A stretch of DNA of 64,000 bases from Candidatus Kaelpia imicola (GCA_030765505.1 JAVCCL010000026.1:34679-98678); one strand, 5' to 3'. Shown: positions 38,974 through 49,904, counted from the stretch's first letter. Notes: generated by a model not told the origin, from the sequence alone. Numbers and translations: made by a program.

Positions 38974-40380
38974 ATGTCTAAAAGATTAAAGGTATTATTT
39001 GTTTCAACAGAGGTCACGCCTTATGCCAAGGCAGGCGGATTAGCAGATATAGCAGGAGCACTTCCACCGGTTCTCAAAGAGATGGGCCTGGATATCAGGG
39101 TAATCATGCCTAAATATAAAGGAATAGATATAGAAGCAGATCAAACCTTGCTAAACAACTCTGTTCCGCTTTACTTTATAGAGAATGACAGTTATTACAA
39201 AAGAGAGTATATTTACTCTACGCCCGAAGGTGACTACCCCGACAATATGGAGCGGTTTGCTTATTTCTGTAAAGAGATACTTAAAAGAATCAAGAGAGAA
39301 GGGTTTAAACCGGATATAATCCACGCCAACGACTGGGAGACAGCCCTTATACCTGTATATCTTAAAACAACTTATAAAGATGATGAATTTTTTAAAGATG
39401 TAAAGACTGTATTTACAATCCACAATCTTGCCTATCAGGGAATATTTCAGGCTTCTGAGTGGGATAAAACGGAATTGAATCCTGATATATTCAACCTTCA
39501 GGGGCTTGAATACTATAAAAAGATAAACCTTATGAAAGGAGCACTCATATTTGCAGACTATATCACAACGGTAAGCCCTAGATATGCAGAAGAGATACAG
39601 GGCGATGAGTATGGATTTGGGCTTCAGAATGTATTAAGCTCACGTAAAGAGAGTATCAGCGGTATAATAAACGGTATTGATTACTTATACTGGGATTCAG
39701 AGAATGACTCCCAGATACCCCAAAATTTTACCATCAACTCCCTGAATAAAAAACCTATCAACAAACAGCACATTCAAACAGAGATGGGAATGGAGATAGG
39801 CCGAGACATCCCGCTAATAGCTGCAATAGGCAGGTTAACAGATCAGAAAGGCTGGGATTTAATAGTCGAATCAATAGATAAAATATGTGAAAAAGACCTC
39901 CAGTTGATAGTTTTAGGTGAAGGAGAGAAAAAGTATCAAGATATAATGACGGAAATATCCAAAAAATATCCTCTTAAGACTTCAATAAATATAAAATTTG
40001 ACCTTGCTCTGGCAAAAAAGATATATGCAGCAGCCGATATATTTCTCATGCCTTCTAAATTTGAGCCCTGCGGCTTAGGTCAACTTATAAGCTATAGGTA
40101 TGCAACTCTACCTCTGGGGAGAGAGACCGGGGGGCTGGCTGATACCATAACTGATTACACAAAAGATAAGGCTCATGGAACAGGATTCCTCTTTAAGAAC
40201 TATAAAAGCAAAGATCTTGTTGATGCTATAGAGAGAGCATTGGATGTCTATAGAGACCGCAGAGCATGGAGAAATATTCAGAAAAGAGTAGTAAAAGCTG
40301 ATTACTCCTGGAAACATTCAGCCAAGGATTATAAAAATCTTTACAAAAATGTAATAAAAAGCTTGAAAAGAGATGTCTAA
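38974..40380 (+). CDS. glgA: glycogen synthase (ADP-glucose type)
   Basis: 468 aa. N-terminal KVLFVSTEVTPYAKAGGLADIAGALP (KxGGL motif) and the GT5 architecture. Confidence 0.9.
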   Translation: MSKRLKVLFVSTEVTPYAKAGGLADIAGALPPVLKEMGLDIRVIMPKYKGIDIEADQTLLNNSVPLYFIENDSYYKREYIYSTPEGDYPDNMERFAYFCKEILKRIKREGFKPDIIHANDWETALIPVYLKTTYKDDEFFKDVKTVFTIHNLAYQGIFQASEWDKTELNPDIFNLQGLEYYKKINLMKGALIFADYITTVSPRYAEEIQGDEYGFGLQNVLSSRKESISGIINGIDYLYWDSENDSQIPQNFTINSLNKKPINKQHIQTEMGMEIGRDIPLIAAIGRLTDQKGWDLIVESIDKICEKDLQLIVLGEGEKKYQDIMTEISKKYPLKTSINIKFDLALAKKIYAAADIFLMPSKFEPCGLGQLISYRYATLPLGRETGGLADTITDYTKDKAHGTGFLFKNYKSKDLVDAIERALDVYRDRRAWRNIQKRVVKADYSWKHSAKDYKNLYKNVIKSLKRDV

Positions 40381-40972
40381 ATCAGGTAAAATTATAATAG
40401 CAATAACTGGTGAAATAGGGGCAGGTAAATCTACCTACACAGAAGAGTTTGAAAAACATGGCGCCTGTCCAGTTTATACAGATGCAATAACACATGAGAT
40501 TCTAAAACTTGATGAAGTCAAATCCCTAATCAAGAAAGGTTTTGGAAAGAGTCTGTTTCAAAATAATGGAATTAATCCTAAAAAGCTGGCAAATAGAGCA
40601 TTTAAGAACAGAACCGATTGGCAAAAGCTTATTGATATAACTCACCCTTATATATTAAAAAAAACTAAAGAGATAATAACTAAAAGTACATCTGACTATT
40701 GTGTAGTTGACGCACCGCTGCTCTTTGAATCTAAATTTGATAAAAATTCTGATTTTGTAATACTTATCAAGGCTGATGCTAAGTTAAGGAAAGAACGGCT
40801 TAAAGGCAGAATGGACTGGAAAGAGGTCAAGAGAAGAACCTCTTACCTTATTCCAATAGAGGAGAAAGAAAGGTTAGCAGATATTGTAATAGAGAATAAC
40901 TCAAAAGAGAAAAGGAAGGTGAAAGAAAATGTTGAAAAAATCTTCAGAAGAATCAAAAGCAAAAGAGGCTAA
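40373..40972 (+). CDS. coaE: dephospho-CoA kinase
   Basis: 199 aa. P-loop [11 protein letters not shown] and the CoaE family pattern. Confidence 0.85.
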   Translation: MSKSGKIIIAITGEIGAGKSTYTEEFEKHGACPVYTDAITHEILKLDEVKSLIKKGFGKSLFQNNGINPKKLANRAFKNRTDWQKLIDITHPYILKKTKEIITKSTSDYCVVDAPLLFESKFDKNSDFVILIKADAKLRKERLKGRMDWKEVKRRTSYLIPIEEKERLADIVIENNSKEKRKVKENVEKIFRRIKSKRG

Positions 40973-42341
40973 ACAGTCTGATAAAAAAGAGGAACAAAAA
41001 CAAGAGAATGAGAACAGAGAGATTCAAAGCAAAGAGAGAAAGCTCTCCCCCAGAAACAGCAATATGGATATAGCACAGCTGCAGCACATGGGAATGCAAA
41101 ACCTTTTTAGCCTGGCAAAAGATTTAAGGGTAAACGGGATATCGGGCCTTAAAAAACAGGATCTGATATTTAAGATTATAAAGACAAAGGCTATGAGGGA
41201 AGGCGAAGTCTCCGGCGAAGGCGTGCTTGAAGTATTGCCGGATGGATTCGGTTTCTTAAGATCTCCTAATTACAGTTATCTTCCTTCACCTGACGATATT
41301 TACATCTCTCCTTCTCAAATAAGAAGGTTTAGTCTTAGAACCGGTGATACTATAGCCGGTCAGGTCCGTCCGCCTAAAGACGGAGAGAAATATTTTGCCC
41401 TTCTTAAAGTAGAAGGGATAAACCATGCGAATGCCGATGATAATACTTATAGGATACCATTTGATAACCTTACTCCATTATATCCGAATGAACGATTTCT
41501 GCTTGAGACTAAGTCTACCGAGATAACAACGCGGATTATCGACTTAATTGCTCCCATAGGAAAAGGTCAGCGTGGATTAATAGTAGCACCGCCTTATAGT
41601 GGAAAGACGATAATCTTACAGAAGATAGCCAATGCAATAAGCGCAAACTATTCCGATGCAATCTCCATTGTATTATTAATAGGGGAGAGGCCTGAAGAGG
41701 TTACTGATATGGAACGCTCTGTGAAGGGTGAGGTGATAGGCTCAACTTTCGATGAGCCGGCAGAACGTCATATTCAGGTTGCAGAGATCGTAATGGAGAA
41801 AGCCAAGAGACTTGTTGAATCCGGAAAAGACGCTGTGATATTGCTCGACAGTATGACTCGTTTAGCTCGTGCGTATAATACAGTAGCGCCTCATAGCGGA
41901 AAGGTTTTAACCGGCGGTATCGATTCCGGAGCTCTGGATAGACCCAAGAAGTTCTTTGGTGCGGCAAGAAATATCGAAGGAGGAGGTTCTTTGACAATAC
42001 TTGCAACCTCACTTGTCGATACGGGGAGCAGGATGGATGATGTCATCTTCGAAGAGTTCAAAGGAACCGGAAATATGGAACTACAGCTGGACAGGAACCT
42101 ATTCCAGAAGAGAATCTACCCTGCGATAGATATCAGGAGATCCGCTACAAGACGTGAAGAGCTGCTTCTCGACCCTGATGAGTTGAAAAGAATCTGGGTT
42201 TTAAGGCGGGTATTACATGATGTGAACAATGAAGAGGCAATGAAAACGCTGATGGCCAAGATGAATAAAGCTAAAAACAATGTTGAATTCCTCTTAGGGC
42301 TGGATATCGAAGCTGTAGAATCATCCGAACCTACCCTATAA
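40929..42341 (+). CDS. rho: transcription termination factor Rho (with ~45-aa Lys/Glu-rich N-terminal extension if the 40929 start is used)
   Basis: The Rho N-terminal domain ([12 protein letters not shown]) and RecA-like ATPase core (APPYSGKT..., [25 protein letters not shown]) are unmistakable. An alternative start at Met46 (nt 41064) would remove the extension. Confidence 0.95.
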   Translation: MLKKSSEESKAKEAKQSDKKEEQKQENENREIQSKERKLSPRNSNMDIAQLQHMGMQNLFSLAKDLRVNGISGLKKQDLIFKIIKTKAMREGEVSGEGVLEVLPDGFGFLRSPNYSYLPSPDDIYISPSQIRRFSLRTGDTIAGQVRPPKDGEKYFALLKVEGINHANADDNTYRIPFDNLTPLYPNERFLLETKSTEITTRIIDLIAPIGKGQRGLIVAPPYSGKTIILQKIANAISANYSDAISIVLLIGERPEEVTDMERSVKGEVIGSTFDEPAERHIQVAEIVMEKAKRLVESGKDAVILLDSMTRLARAYNTVAPHSGKVLTGGIDSGALDRPKKFFGAARNIEGGGSLTILATSLVDTGSRMDDVIFEEFKGTGNMELQLDRNLFQKRIYPAIDIRRSATRREELLLDPDELKRIWVLRRVLHDVNNEEAMKTLMAKMNKAKNNVEFLLGLDIEAVESSEPTL

Positions 42342-42353
42342 AAGGAGCCAGAT

Positions 42354-42998
42354 ATGAAAGATATTACAAGAGACCATTTTACGGAAGAGGATCCCTGGAG
42401 AATATTCAGAATAATGAGTGAGTTTGTTGACGGGTTTGAAACCCTCTCTCAGGTTAAGAGAGGAGTCTCTATTTTTGGTTCTGCCAGAATAAAACCGAGA
42501 AGTAAATATTATAAACTGGCTGAAGAGACTGCTTATCTATTTACAAAGAGAGGCTACTCTATAGTAACCGGTGCCGGTCCGGGTATAATGGAGGCAGCCA
42601 ATAAAGGGGCGTCTAAAGCAGGGGGGGCATCCATTGGCTTGAATATCTTACTTCCCAGTCAGCAAAAATGCAATAAATACGTAACAACACCCATTGAATT
42701 CAGATACTTTTTCTGCCGTAAGGTTATGTTTGCAAAATATTCTAAAGCTGTTCTTATCTTCCCAGGAGGATACGGTACCCTGGATGAACTTTTTGAATTT
42801 TTAGCGTTAATTCAAACTGAAAGAATAGATAAGTTTCCTGTGATACTCATATCTAAAGAGTTCTGGGGCGGTCTAATAGACTGGATGAAAGAGAGACTGC
42901 TGAGTAAAAATATGATAGAGAAGAATGATTTAGCTATCTTCCATATCGTTGAGAATGGGGAAGAAGCGTTTAAGATAGTTAAAGATTTTTATAAGTAA
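42354..42998 (+). CDS. LOG family protein (cytokinin riboside 5'-monophosphate phosphoribohydrolase-like)
   Basis: 214 aa. GSARIKPRSKYY...TGAGPGIMEAANKGA...PGGYGTLDELFE matches the TIGR00730/LOG pattern. Confidence 0.85.
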   Translation: MKDITRDHFTEEDPWRIFRIMSEFVDGFETLSQVKRGVSIFGSARIKPRSKYYKLAEETAYLFTKRGYSIVTGAGPGIMEAANKGASKAGGASIGLNILLPSQQKCNKYVTTPIEFRYFFCRKVMFAKYSKAVLIFPGGYGTLDELFEFLALIQTERIDKFPVILISKEFWGGLIDWMKERLLSKNMIEKNDLAIFHIVENGEEAFKIVKDFYK

Positions 42999-43099
42999 TC
43001 TCCTGTCCTGTAATTCTAATAACATAAACTCTTTATTTACAGCTATTTAGTGTCTGTTGTGTAACTTTATAATAGTTTTAATAAAACTTTTGTTATAGT

Positions 43100-43128
43100 T
43101 TGACATTTTGTTGCTTATGTGGTATAAA
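43100..43128 (+). promoter_or_regulatory. sigma70-like promoter (TTGACA-17 nt-TATAAA) upstream of the 43145 gene
   Basis: TTGACA at 43100-43105, a 17-nt spacer, and TATAAA at 43123-43128. The ORF track's TTG start at 43100 is this -35 hexamer. Confidence 0.4.
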
Positions 43129-43144
43129 TATTACAGGCAGAAAG

Positions 43145-46100
43145 ATGAAGAGAGAGAAGGTAATAAAAATTGCCATAGGGAAAGCACTTTTAAGCATAAC
43201 ACTTCTAATCTTTACATCTGCAGGGATCTCCAATGCCCAGGTAGTATTTGATGCGGGAGGATTTGGAGGTGGGAATATAACCCTTCCGGCTGCAAGCCCA
43301 GTAGAACAGTTGTGGGAAAAATTGGAAATAACTCCTTTTGAGTTTGGAGATAAACTTGATAAAATTCAATTCGAAATATACTTGATCGCAAATAACCCTC
43401 TATCAATTATTTCTCCTGTTAACCGTCTAAATGAAATCAATACCATACTAACTGATTGGGTCAACATATTTAATACTTGTGACGTTAGTGCCGATTCAAT
43501 TATACCATTGCAGGGCACTATCCATGATACTCTAAAAAAAATGGAGCGGGTGGAGATAGAGCTTGGTACCCCAATAGACGAAATTGCAGAGATATTAAAA
43601 ATTAGAGAACAAGAATTAGAGTTGTTATATTTCGTACCGCGTGATTCAGATTTTTATAAGACCCAAGTATTAGATTATACCGCAACTATCTCAAAGCAGA
43701 TTGATGGATGGAAAGAAGTATTTGAAAATTCCGGATTTGCAGTAGACGTTTTCAGCGATTTACAAGAAGACATAGCAAAGATACAAAATAAATTATCGGG
43801 TCCATTAATTTCAGCACATGTCCCGGTCACGTACGGAGGAATATTAGTTTTACCTTTTGAAGACTTGCTAAAATCTTCTGATACATCTCTTAGAGAGTTT
43901 TTTGCCGAAACCTATATACGCAATGTAACAGAGGAAATACCTCAGTATATTGAGGATTTAGGTATAGCTTTGGAAAAAGCCGAAGCTAATCCTTTGCTTT
44001 TTAAAAATTTTGATGCGCCTAAAGTTTTTAGCCACTTAACAGACATTCATAAAAACCTTGAAGGCTTGAATAAAAACGGATTTCTACAAATAGCAAATGA
44101 AACAATGGGAGCATTCCAAAATTTGATACCTCTCGATGAACAAATAAATAGACTGCAAATACAGATTGAAGCGGTCTCAAGCATTGCACAAGATGGTAAC
44201 ATCAATAAAATCGAACCGTCTACAGATTTAGAACAAGAGCTCGAAATTCTGAAAGCAAAAAGAGCGGATGTATATCTTGAGTTTTTAGTCAAGTTTTCAT
44301 CTTTAACAGAAAGGAATCATGAATATATCCAAGATAAAACAGACGAATTACAACTTGAAAAAGAACTACTCAGCAGTGCTCCTATTAGGAATATGCCTTC
44401 TGAAGACGCTGAAGCTATAAGGAATGCCATGGAAGAGGCGGCAACAAAAAAGGATTTCCTTAAAAGTATTGATGGTCTAATTTTACAAACGTTAAGGTCA
44501 ATTACAGAAATGATAGGTTCTATTATATCAGAAATAATTATAGAAAATGACTCTTATTATGAGGAAAAAACGGCTATTATTTCTACGACAATCTCAAACC
44601 TTAAGACGATAGAACCGTATCTACTTTATGAAGAAGCTAAATCTATCAATAGTGCGATTGAAAACTTAAAACAAGTGCAGCAGCAGCTCGTTAATTTCTA
44701 CAACAATACAATTCAACAAGAAGCAAATGTACCGCAGACATCTCAATTATATACCAAAACATATCTTGATGTTATTAGAACAACGGAAACATCAGGGTTA
44801 GAACGAAGCATTGAAAGAGTAGACCAGTACTTAGATAGCCAATTGAAATATATGGAAGATGAACTACAAAGGAACATCAAACAGAGGGATAGTTTAGCCC
44901 TTCTTCCCAATAATATGCTTCCCGATGATAGGGAATGGATTGAAAAAAGTATACAAGATTTAGAAGCAAAGATTGAGCTCTTATCAGAAAGTATTACGCT
45001 AATGAAGCAAACGATTGAACCTCAATCAAGGACATCCAGCTTAGATCCTGCAGTTGCACCATCTAATAATTCTGAATTACCCTTCTCGCTACCTGTACCA
45101 TCGGGTGTCAAAAAAGCGGAGCAAATTTTCCTTAATAATCCTGAATCATCTTCACCACCTGATAACAATACCCCCTTTAGCTTACTTAAAGATACTAGTC
45201 TAGCCTCTGAACCTCAATCAAGGACATCCGGCTTAGATACTGCAGCTGCACCATCTAATAACACTGTACCACCTTCACTATCTGGCAGCATTACCCTTCC
45301 AGTAATAAATTCGTTAATAAAAAGTGTCTCTTCTAATTTTACAGAAATAGGGCCGGAACCAGGAATTGCTACTCTATCAGCGGGAAATATTGAAACTACT
45401 ACTTATGAGAGTTTAAGTGAAGAAGAAAGAGTTTTCGTAGACAGCATGCTAGGGGTACTAAGAACAGAAGATCCGCAGGTCATTGCAGAAACAATATGGA
45501 GAGCATTACGTGATAGCGGTGGTAATCGTTGCTTTATGATGGACATTATTATGACATTACCTGCCGAAGGAGATATTGGAAACGATCCTAAGTATCAAGA
45601 GTTTATGTCTACAATACGTTCACTTGATGCAAAGCTTCTTCAAGAAGAATTAAGTGAAATGCCGGAACAGATAGATCGACTATTAGAGAATGAGATTAAA
45701 GAGGATTTAGGTGAAGTTAGACAAGAAGTGGCAGGTACGTCAGAAAATCTTGCAAAGTTGGCGATAGAGATAGGGGAAGAGCATCCCGGTGCAAGGGTTA
45801 CAGCAGATGGAATAGTTGTTGCTCCGATATGGATATCTAAAAATACTGGCCGAGAGATAATATCTATTAAAATCGACGGCAAAATTGTTAACTATACCAT
45901 CAGTAAATTTAAAGAAACAATTAGTCATATAAGCCAGGCTCTAGAAGTATCGGAAGAAGTACTGCATAAGCTCTTAGGTAATATTATCGAGAAAGGCGAA
46001 GGCGTCTATGATGTTATATGGATTACTTTAGATAACGGTAAAACAGTACATTACGTAAGACGCAGTGATACCATCGTCTATATTAACTCAACCAACCCGG

Positions 46101-46342
46101 CAGAAATTGCAAAGGAAATTATAAAGAAAGTGTTTATAAAGCGCCCCGATGCATCAAGCGCAGTGGTAAACAGAATATTTTTGTTCATGGTTATAGCAGG
46201 CTTAATATGTATAGGATTTGGAGTAACACTAGCGGTCTGCATAGCCAAAGCACAGATTAAGAGGTCAGAGTATCTCCCTCCCGCGTTGAGAGTAAAAAAA
46301 TCCTTCCAGCACAACTACGCAGCTAATTGGAAAACAAGGTAG
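43145..46342 (+). CDS. large secreted/surface coiled-coil protein with C-terminal TM anchor
   Basis: The start is revised to ATG 43145 (MKREKV...), which gives a clean signal peptide (LLSITLLIFTSAGISNAQ). There are more than 900 aa of heptad-rich sequence. A C-terminal hydrophobic helix (IFLFMVIAGLICIGFGVTLAVCIA) is followed by basic residues. Confidence 0.7.
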   Translation: MKREKVIKIAIGKALLSITLLIFTSAGISNAQVVFDAGGFGGGNITLPAASPVEQLWEKLEITPFEFGDKLDKIQFEIYLIANNPLSIISPVNRLNEINTILTDWVNIFNTCDVSADSIIPLQGTIHDTLKKMERVEIELGTPIDEIAEILKIREQELELLYFVPRDSDFYKTQVLDYTATISKQIDGWKEVFENSGFAVDVFSDLQEDIAKIQNKLSGPLISAHVPVTYGGILVLPFEDLLKSSDTSLREFFAETYIRNVTEEIPQYIEDLGIALEKAEANPLLFKNFDAPKVFSHLTDIHKNLEGLNKNGFLQIANETMGAFQNLIPLDEQINRLQIQIEAVSSIAQDGNINKIEPSTDLEQELEILKAKRADVYLEFLVKFSSLTERNHEYIQDKTDELQLEKELLSSAPIRNMPSEDAEAIRNAMEEAATKKDFLKSIDGLILQTLRSITEMIGSIISEIIIENDSYYEEKTAIISTTISNLKTIEPYLLYEEAKSINSAIENLKQVQQQLVNFYNNTIQQEANVPQTSQLYTKTYLDVIRTTETSGLERSIERVDQYLDSQLKYMEDELQRNIKQRDSLALLPNNMLPDDREWIEKSIQDLEAKIELLSESITLMKQTIEPQSRTSSLDPAVAPSNNSELPFSLPVPSGVKKAEQIFLNNPESSSPPDNNTPFSLLKDTSLASEPQSRTSGLDTAAAPSNNTVPPSLSGSITLPVINSLIKSVSSNFTEIGPEPGIATLSAGNIETTTYESLSEEERVFVDSMLGVLRTEDPQVIAETIWRALRDSGGNRCFMMDIIMTLPAEGDIGNDPKYQEFMSTIRSLDAKLLQEELSEMPEQIDRLLENEIKEDLGEVRQEVAGTSENLAKLAIEIGEEHPGARVTADGIVVAPIWISKNTGREIISIKIDGKIVNYTISKFKETISHISQALEVSEEVLHKLLGNIIEKGEGVYDVIWITLDNGKTVHYVRRSDTIVYINSTNPAEIAKEIIKKVFIKRPDASSAVVNRIFLFMVIAGLICIGFGVTLAVCIAKAQIKRSEYLPPALRVKKSFQHNYAANWKTR
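45017..45261 (+). repeat. two copies of a 53-nt near-identical direct repeat spaced 192 nt apart (64-aa period) inside the 43145 gene
   Basis: Copy 1 at 45017-45069 and copy 2 at 45209-45261 differ at 3 of 53 nt. They encode EPQSRTS(S/G)LD(P/T)A(V/A)APSNN. The flanking sequence between copies is far more diverged. Confidence 0.6.
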
Positions 46343-46420
46343 GGATTTTAAAATAATTCTCTTGTCTTTTCATCACCTTCATTAATATAATATACAAAAT
46401 TATAAACAAGGAGGTTGTAG

Positions 46421-46960
46421 ATGAAGAGAGTCTTAGTAGGTATTGTGTTAGCTATCATAGTAACAGTATCTTTACCGGTCTATGCCGGCTGGAATGCAAA
46501 AAGCTCATCAGATGCAGTAGAAGAGGCTGAATTAACGGTTAAGAAGTTCAAAGAGTCTGACTCTGTAATGGATAGATTCTTTGATAAAGCATACGGCTAT
46601 GCTATATTCCCAACTGTCGGAAAAGGCGGCATGGGAATAGGAGCAGCGTACGGCAAAGGTACGGTCTATGAACAAGGTAAGATAATAGGTTCAACAACCT
46701 TAAAACAGCTCAGCATAGGTTTTCAACTCGGAGGTCAGGCATATAGTGAGATAATATTTTTTAAAGATAGACGTGACCTTGAAAATTTCAAAAGCGGTAA
46801 CTTTGAACTCGGTGCAACAGCTTCTGCAGTTGCTGTAACAGCCGGAGCATCAGCTGACGCAGACTACAGTGACGGAGTTGCCGTATTTACCCTTCCCAAA
46901 GGCGGATTGATGTATGAGGCAACGGTTGCAGGGCAGAAGTTTACTTATACAGAAGAGTAA
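46421..46960 (+). CDS. SYLF/Ysc84 (DUF500) lipid-binding domain protein
   Basis: 179 aa. Signal peptide. AIFPTVGKGGMGIGAAYGKG...FQLGGQA pattern typical of the Ysc84/SYLF domain. Confidence 0.7.
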   Translation: MKRVLVGIVLAIIVTVSLPVYAGWNAKSSSDAVEEAELTVKKFKESDSVMDRFFDKAYGYAIFPTVGKGGMGIGAAYGKGTVYEQGKIIGSTTLKQLSIGFQLGGQAYSEIIFFKDRRDLENFKSGNFELGATASAVAVTAGASADADYSDGVAVFTLPKGGLMYEATVAGQKFTYTEE

Positions 46961-46989
46961 AGTTTAAAGTTAATAAAAGGAGATGGAAT

Positions 46990-47340
46990 ATGAAAAAGGT
47001 AATCATAGCTTTGTTAATTTTCTTATTGTTTCTTTCGCTAAACTCTCTTGCAGGACCATTTGATACCTGGGATGAAGAGGCAAATGTCACAGCTCAGTTT
47101 GTAAGAAAAATTCTGGGCGGAGATAGCTTTGATGAGTCTTTAAAACTTGATTACCCCGGAAGCACAATTAACTGGGGAGGAAGGATATCAACAACAGATA
47201 AGTTTGGAGGAGCAACGTATATAGTATATTGTGAGATAGTAGAACCTCAAAAGGACCCTACATACTACTATTATGAAGTTGCATTCTCACCGGTAAATGA
47301 TAATCCTCAGCTGCTACAGAAATACAATATCGGCTATTGA
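46990..47340 (+). CDS. hypothetical secreted protein
   Basis: 116 aa. Signal peptide. Good RBS (AAAGGAG). Confidence 0.5.
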   Translation: MKKVIIALLIFLLFLSLNSLAGPFDTWDEEANVTAQFVRKILGGDSFDESLKLDYPGSTINWGGRISTTDKFGGATYIVYCEIVEPQKDPTYYYYEVAFSPVNDNPQLLQKYNIGY

Positions 47341-47344
47341 TATA

Positions 47345-49606
47345 TTAAGTCTTTTTTTCAACCGCTATCTCAGACTCTGATAATCTGCCTATTCTTATCT
47401 TTTTAACTAGAAAGGGCATTACAAAGAGAGCCGTTAAAGAGGCGAATATCGAACCCACAAGAATTGCAAGTCCGAAACGCTGGGTAGGTGGGAAGCTTGA
47501 GAAAGAGAATATTCCAAAACCGATTGAGATAACAAACATAGCCGTTAAGATAGGCTGCCAGAGATGGTCTTTGACTCTATCCCAATTTTTAAGCCGCTGA
47601 AAAGCTTTTATCATATGTATCATTGCATCTATCCCTATGGCTATTGCAATATTTGAAGCCGGAGCCGATATAATATCCAAAGGAATCCTATAAAGCCCAA
47701 TAAGCCCTAATATTGATACAGGAAGGATGGCAACGCTTAGGGTAAGGGCAAGTGTTATTCTGAAAGAGCGTGATATCATAAGGCCTATTACTGCAAACAA
47801 GAGTACTAATTTGCCAAGCCCGTTAATAAGACTGATAGCAACAAGCTTGGCCAGATGGCCCTGGAGACTGTATATTCCGCCTATTATTTCGGGAGCGAAA
47901 CCCTGAGCATAGACAAGCTCTTTTATCTCAGCTATTATCTCTAATCTAGAGCGGACCCTATAGGACTCGGTCATTCGGAGCATGAAGAGACCATACTTGC
48001 CGTCAGAGGATATAAAGCTCTTTGCAATTGCATCACACTCGGGTTTCTTGAGAACGCTTATTAAGGCGTCCATCGATATCACAGAGACAAGGAAACCTAA
48101 AGGAGTCTTACGTGCCTGAGCAAGTAATACAGGAAGGGATAAGACAGAACCAACCGAACGGTGCTGTTCCAGAACCTCCTGCAGCCTCCAGAGATCTTTA
48201 AAAGTCTTCTGAGAGACTATCTTCTCGTCTGATTGAGATTTAACAACAATTATAAGCGGAGAGCTGCCTCCATTGCGGTCTATATAACCCAAACCGTTTC
48301 TTATCTCGCTTCCTTCTGCAAAATAGGAGAGCAGACTGGGATCAGAATCAATAGAGAAGAGTCCCGGTAGGACCATAATAGAGATAACAACGATAATAGT
48401 TATAATATAACTTCTCTTTCTGTTTAAAAAGCCGTAGATATTACTTTGAATAACTTCAATCTTAGGCTTACTCTGAGCCATTCTTTTCTGTTTCTGGACG
48501 CTGGATGCCTTTAAAAATGCAGGGTAGATGGTATAGGCAGCAAGAATTGCCATCAAGGTTCCTATTGCACCAGATGCTCCCAGGTCTCTTAAAGGTTTTG
48601 CCTGAACAAATATAAGACTTATAAAACCAAGCAGCGTTGTGAACATGCCCCAGAAAGAAGGCGGGAATGTAAGTATCAAAGCTTCAACTACCGGGGTAAA
48701 CGACGGCAGAGAGCTGTCATCCTGTTTTTTCTTGAAGAATAACTTTAAAGGAAAGCCCCAGAGTCTCGGACGAGGAATTAGAGGGGTCGGAGCATAGCAG
48801 GCACTCTTCCAGCTATAGGTTAGGAATATAATGTGTGATAGAGTAAGAATACATATTATAGTACCCAGATTAGCTGTAAGTATTCCAATCGGAATGCCTA
48901 AAAAATCTGTAAGCATGAAAGTCCAGATGCAGGCATTGAGGCAGGTTATGAGAGTACCAAAAAAGGCTCCTTTTGAACGGAATAGAGCCAGTATTATGAG
49001 CCCAAAGACTAAGATTGCTACAGTAGAGAATACCTTTATATCTCTAAGCAAGCTTCTTCTTATAAGTTCAACTATGTAGGGCATACCTGATACACGAAGC
49101 TTAAAATCCTGATCCTCAAACTGATAGACTATATCTTCGATGAATGGAACCATTAGATCGGAGACATCTTCGTCTAGAAGTACAATCAGGTTTGTGGACT
49201 TCATATCGTCTGATAAGACCAATCGTTTCCACATCGGGCTTTTAAGAGCGTCTTCAAAATCGTTGGGTCCATGCGTCAAACTACTTACCCCTGAGACACC
49301 ATCTAAACCCAGCAAGGATTCACTTAAATCAGCTATCTTTTCCTGATAGAGAGAAGAATTGATATCTCCAGTTGCGCTTATAATAACCATGCCGTCGTTT
49401 CTGACGAAAAGTTTGGATATCTTTTTCTCATACTGAAACTGAGGATCTTCGCTGGAGAAGAAGAAATCATCGGTAACTTCGGGCACTAAGCTTACAAAGT
49501 TAATCAAGATGGTGAGGCCAAGAAGTGTTACAATAACTGCCGCCCAAACCTGAGGATTAAGCAGTCCGGTTATATTTTTAATCTTTAGAGAGAACCTTGA
49601 TAACAT
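47345..49606 (-). CDS. MMPL/RND superfamily exporter (12 TM, two SSD-like halves)
   Basis: 753 aa on the minus strand. Two repeated six-helix bundles, each preceded by a large periplasmic loop. The pattern matches MMPL/HpnN-like RND transporters. Confidence 0.8.
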   Translation of the reverse strand: MLSRFSLKIKNITGLLNPQVWAAVIVTLLGLTILINFVSLVPEVTDDFFFSSEDPQFQYEKKISKLFVRNDGMVIISATGDINSSLYQEKIADLSESLLGLDGVSGVSSLTHGPNDFEDALKSPMWKRLVLSDDMKSTNLIVLLDEDVSDLMVPFIEDIVYQFEDQDFKLRVSGMPYIVELIRRSLLRDIKVFSTVAILVFGLIILALFRSKGAFFGTLITCLNACIWTFMLTDFLGIPIGILTANLGTIICILTLSHIIFLTYSWKSACYAPTPLIPRPRLWGFPLKLFFKKKQDDSSLPSFTPVVEALILTFPPSFWGMFTTLLGFISLIFVQAKPLRDLGASGAIGTLMAILAAYTIYPAFLKASSVQKQKRMAQSKPKIEVIQSNIYGFLNRKRSYIITIIVVISIMVLPGLFSIDSDPSLLSYFAEGSEIRNGLGYIDRNGGSSPLIIVVKSQSDEKIVSQKTFKDLWRLQEVLEQHRSVGSVLSLPVLLAQARKTPLGFLVSVISMDALISVLKKPECDAIAKSFISSDGKYGLFMLRMTESYRVRSRLEIIAEIKELVYAQGFAPEIIGGIYSLQGHLAKLVAISLINGLGKLVLLFAVIGLMISRSFRITLALTLSVAILPVSILGLIGLYRIPLDIISAPASNIAIAIGIDAMIHMIKAFQRLKNWDRVKDHLWQPILTAMFVISIGFGIFSFSSFPPTQRFGLAILVGSIFASLTALFVMPFLVKKIRIGRLSESEIAVEKKT

Positions 49607-49904
49607 AACAGCTAATTATATATGGATAGAAAGACTTTCGCCAGCTGTTTTATTCTGGTCTCCAAATTGACAGCAAATGTTAAAAGGTGTTGAAATCCTT
49701 CCGTAATATATAATCCTGATGATTACAGAAGTACTCTCCTTGTCAGAAAGCATAGGTAGACCGACCCTGATTAAAAATAGCCTGCATAAAACAGTTGCTA
49801 ATTTAGACTTGCCTACCTATACGTTAAAGATATAAAATATTTTACATAATGCAGTATAGAAGCTGCATAAAAGATATAGATTAATAACAGACAACCTCTG
49901 GGGA

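Noticed and set aside
48831-49346. Two + strand ORFs (48831..49079, 49140..49346) inside the MMPL transporter gene
   Set aside because: They are antisense to a 12-TM transporter CDS with a coherent topology. They are shadow ORFs.
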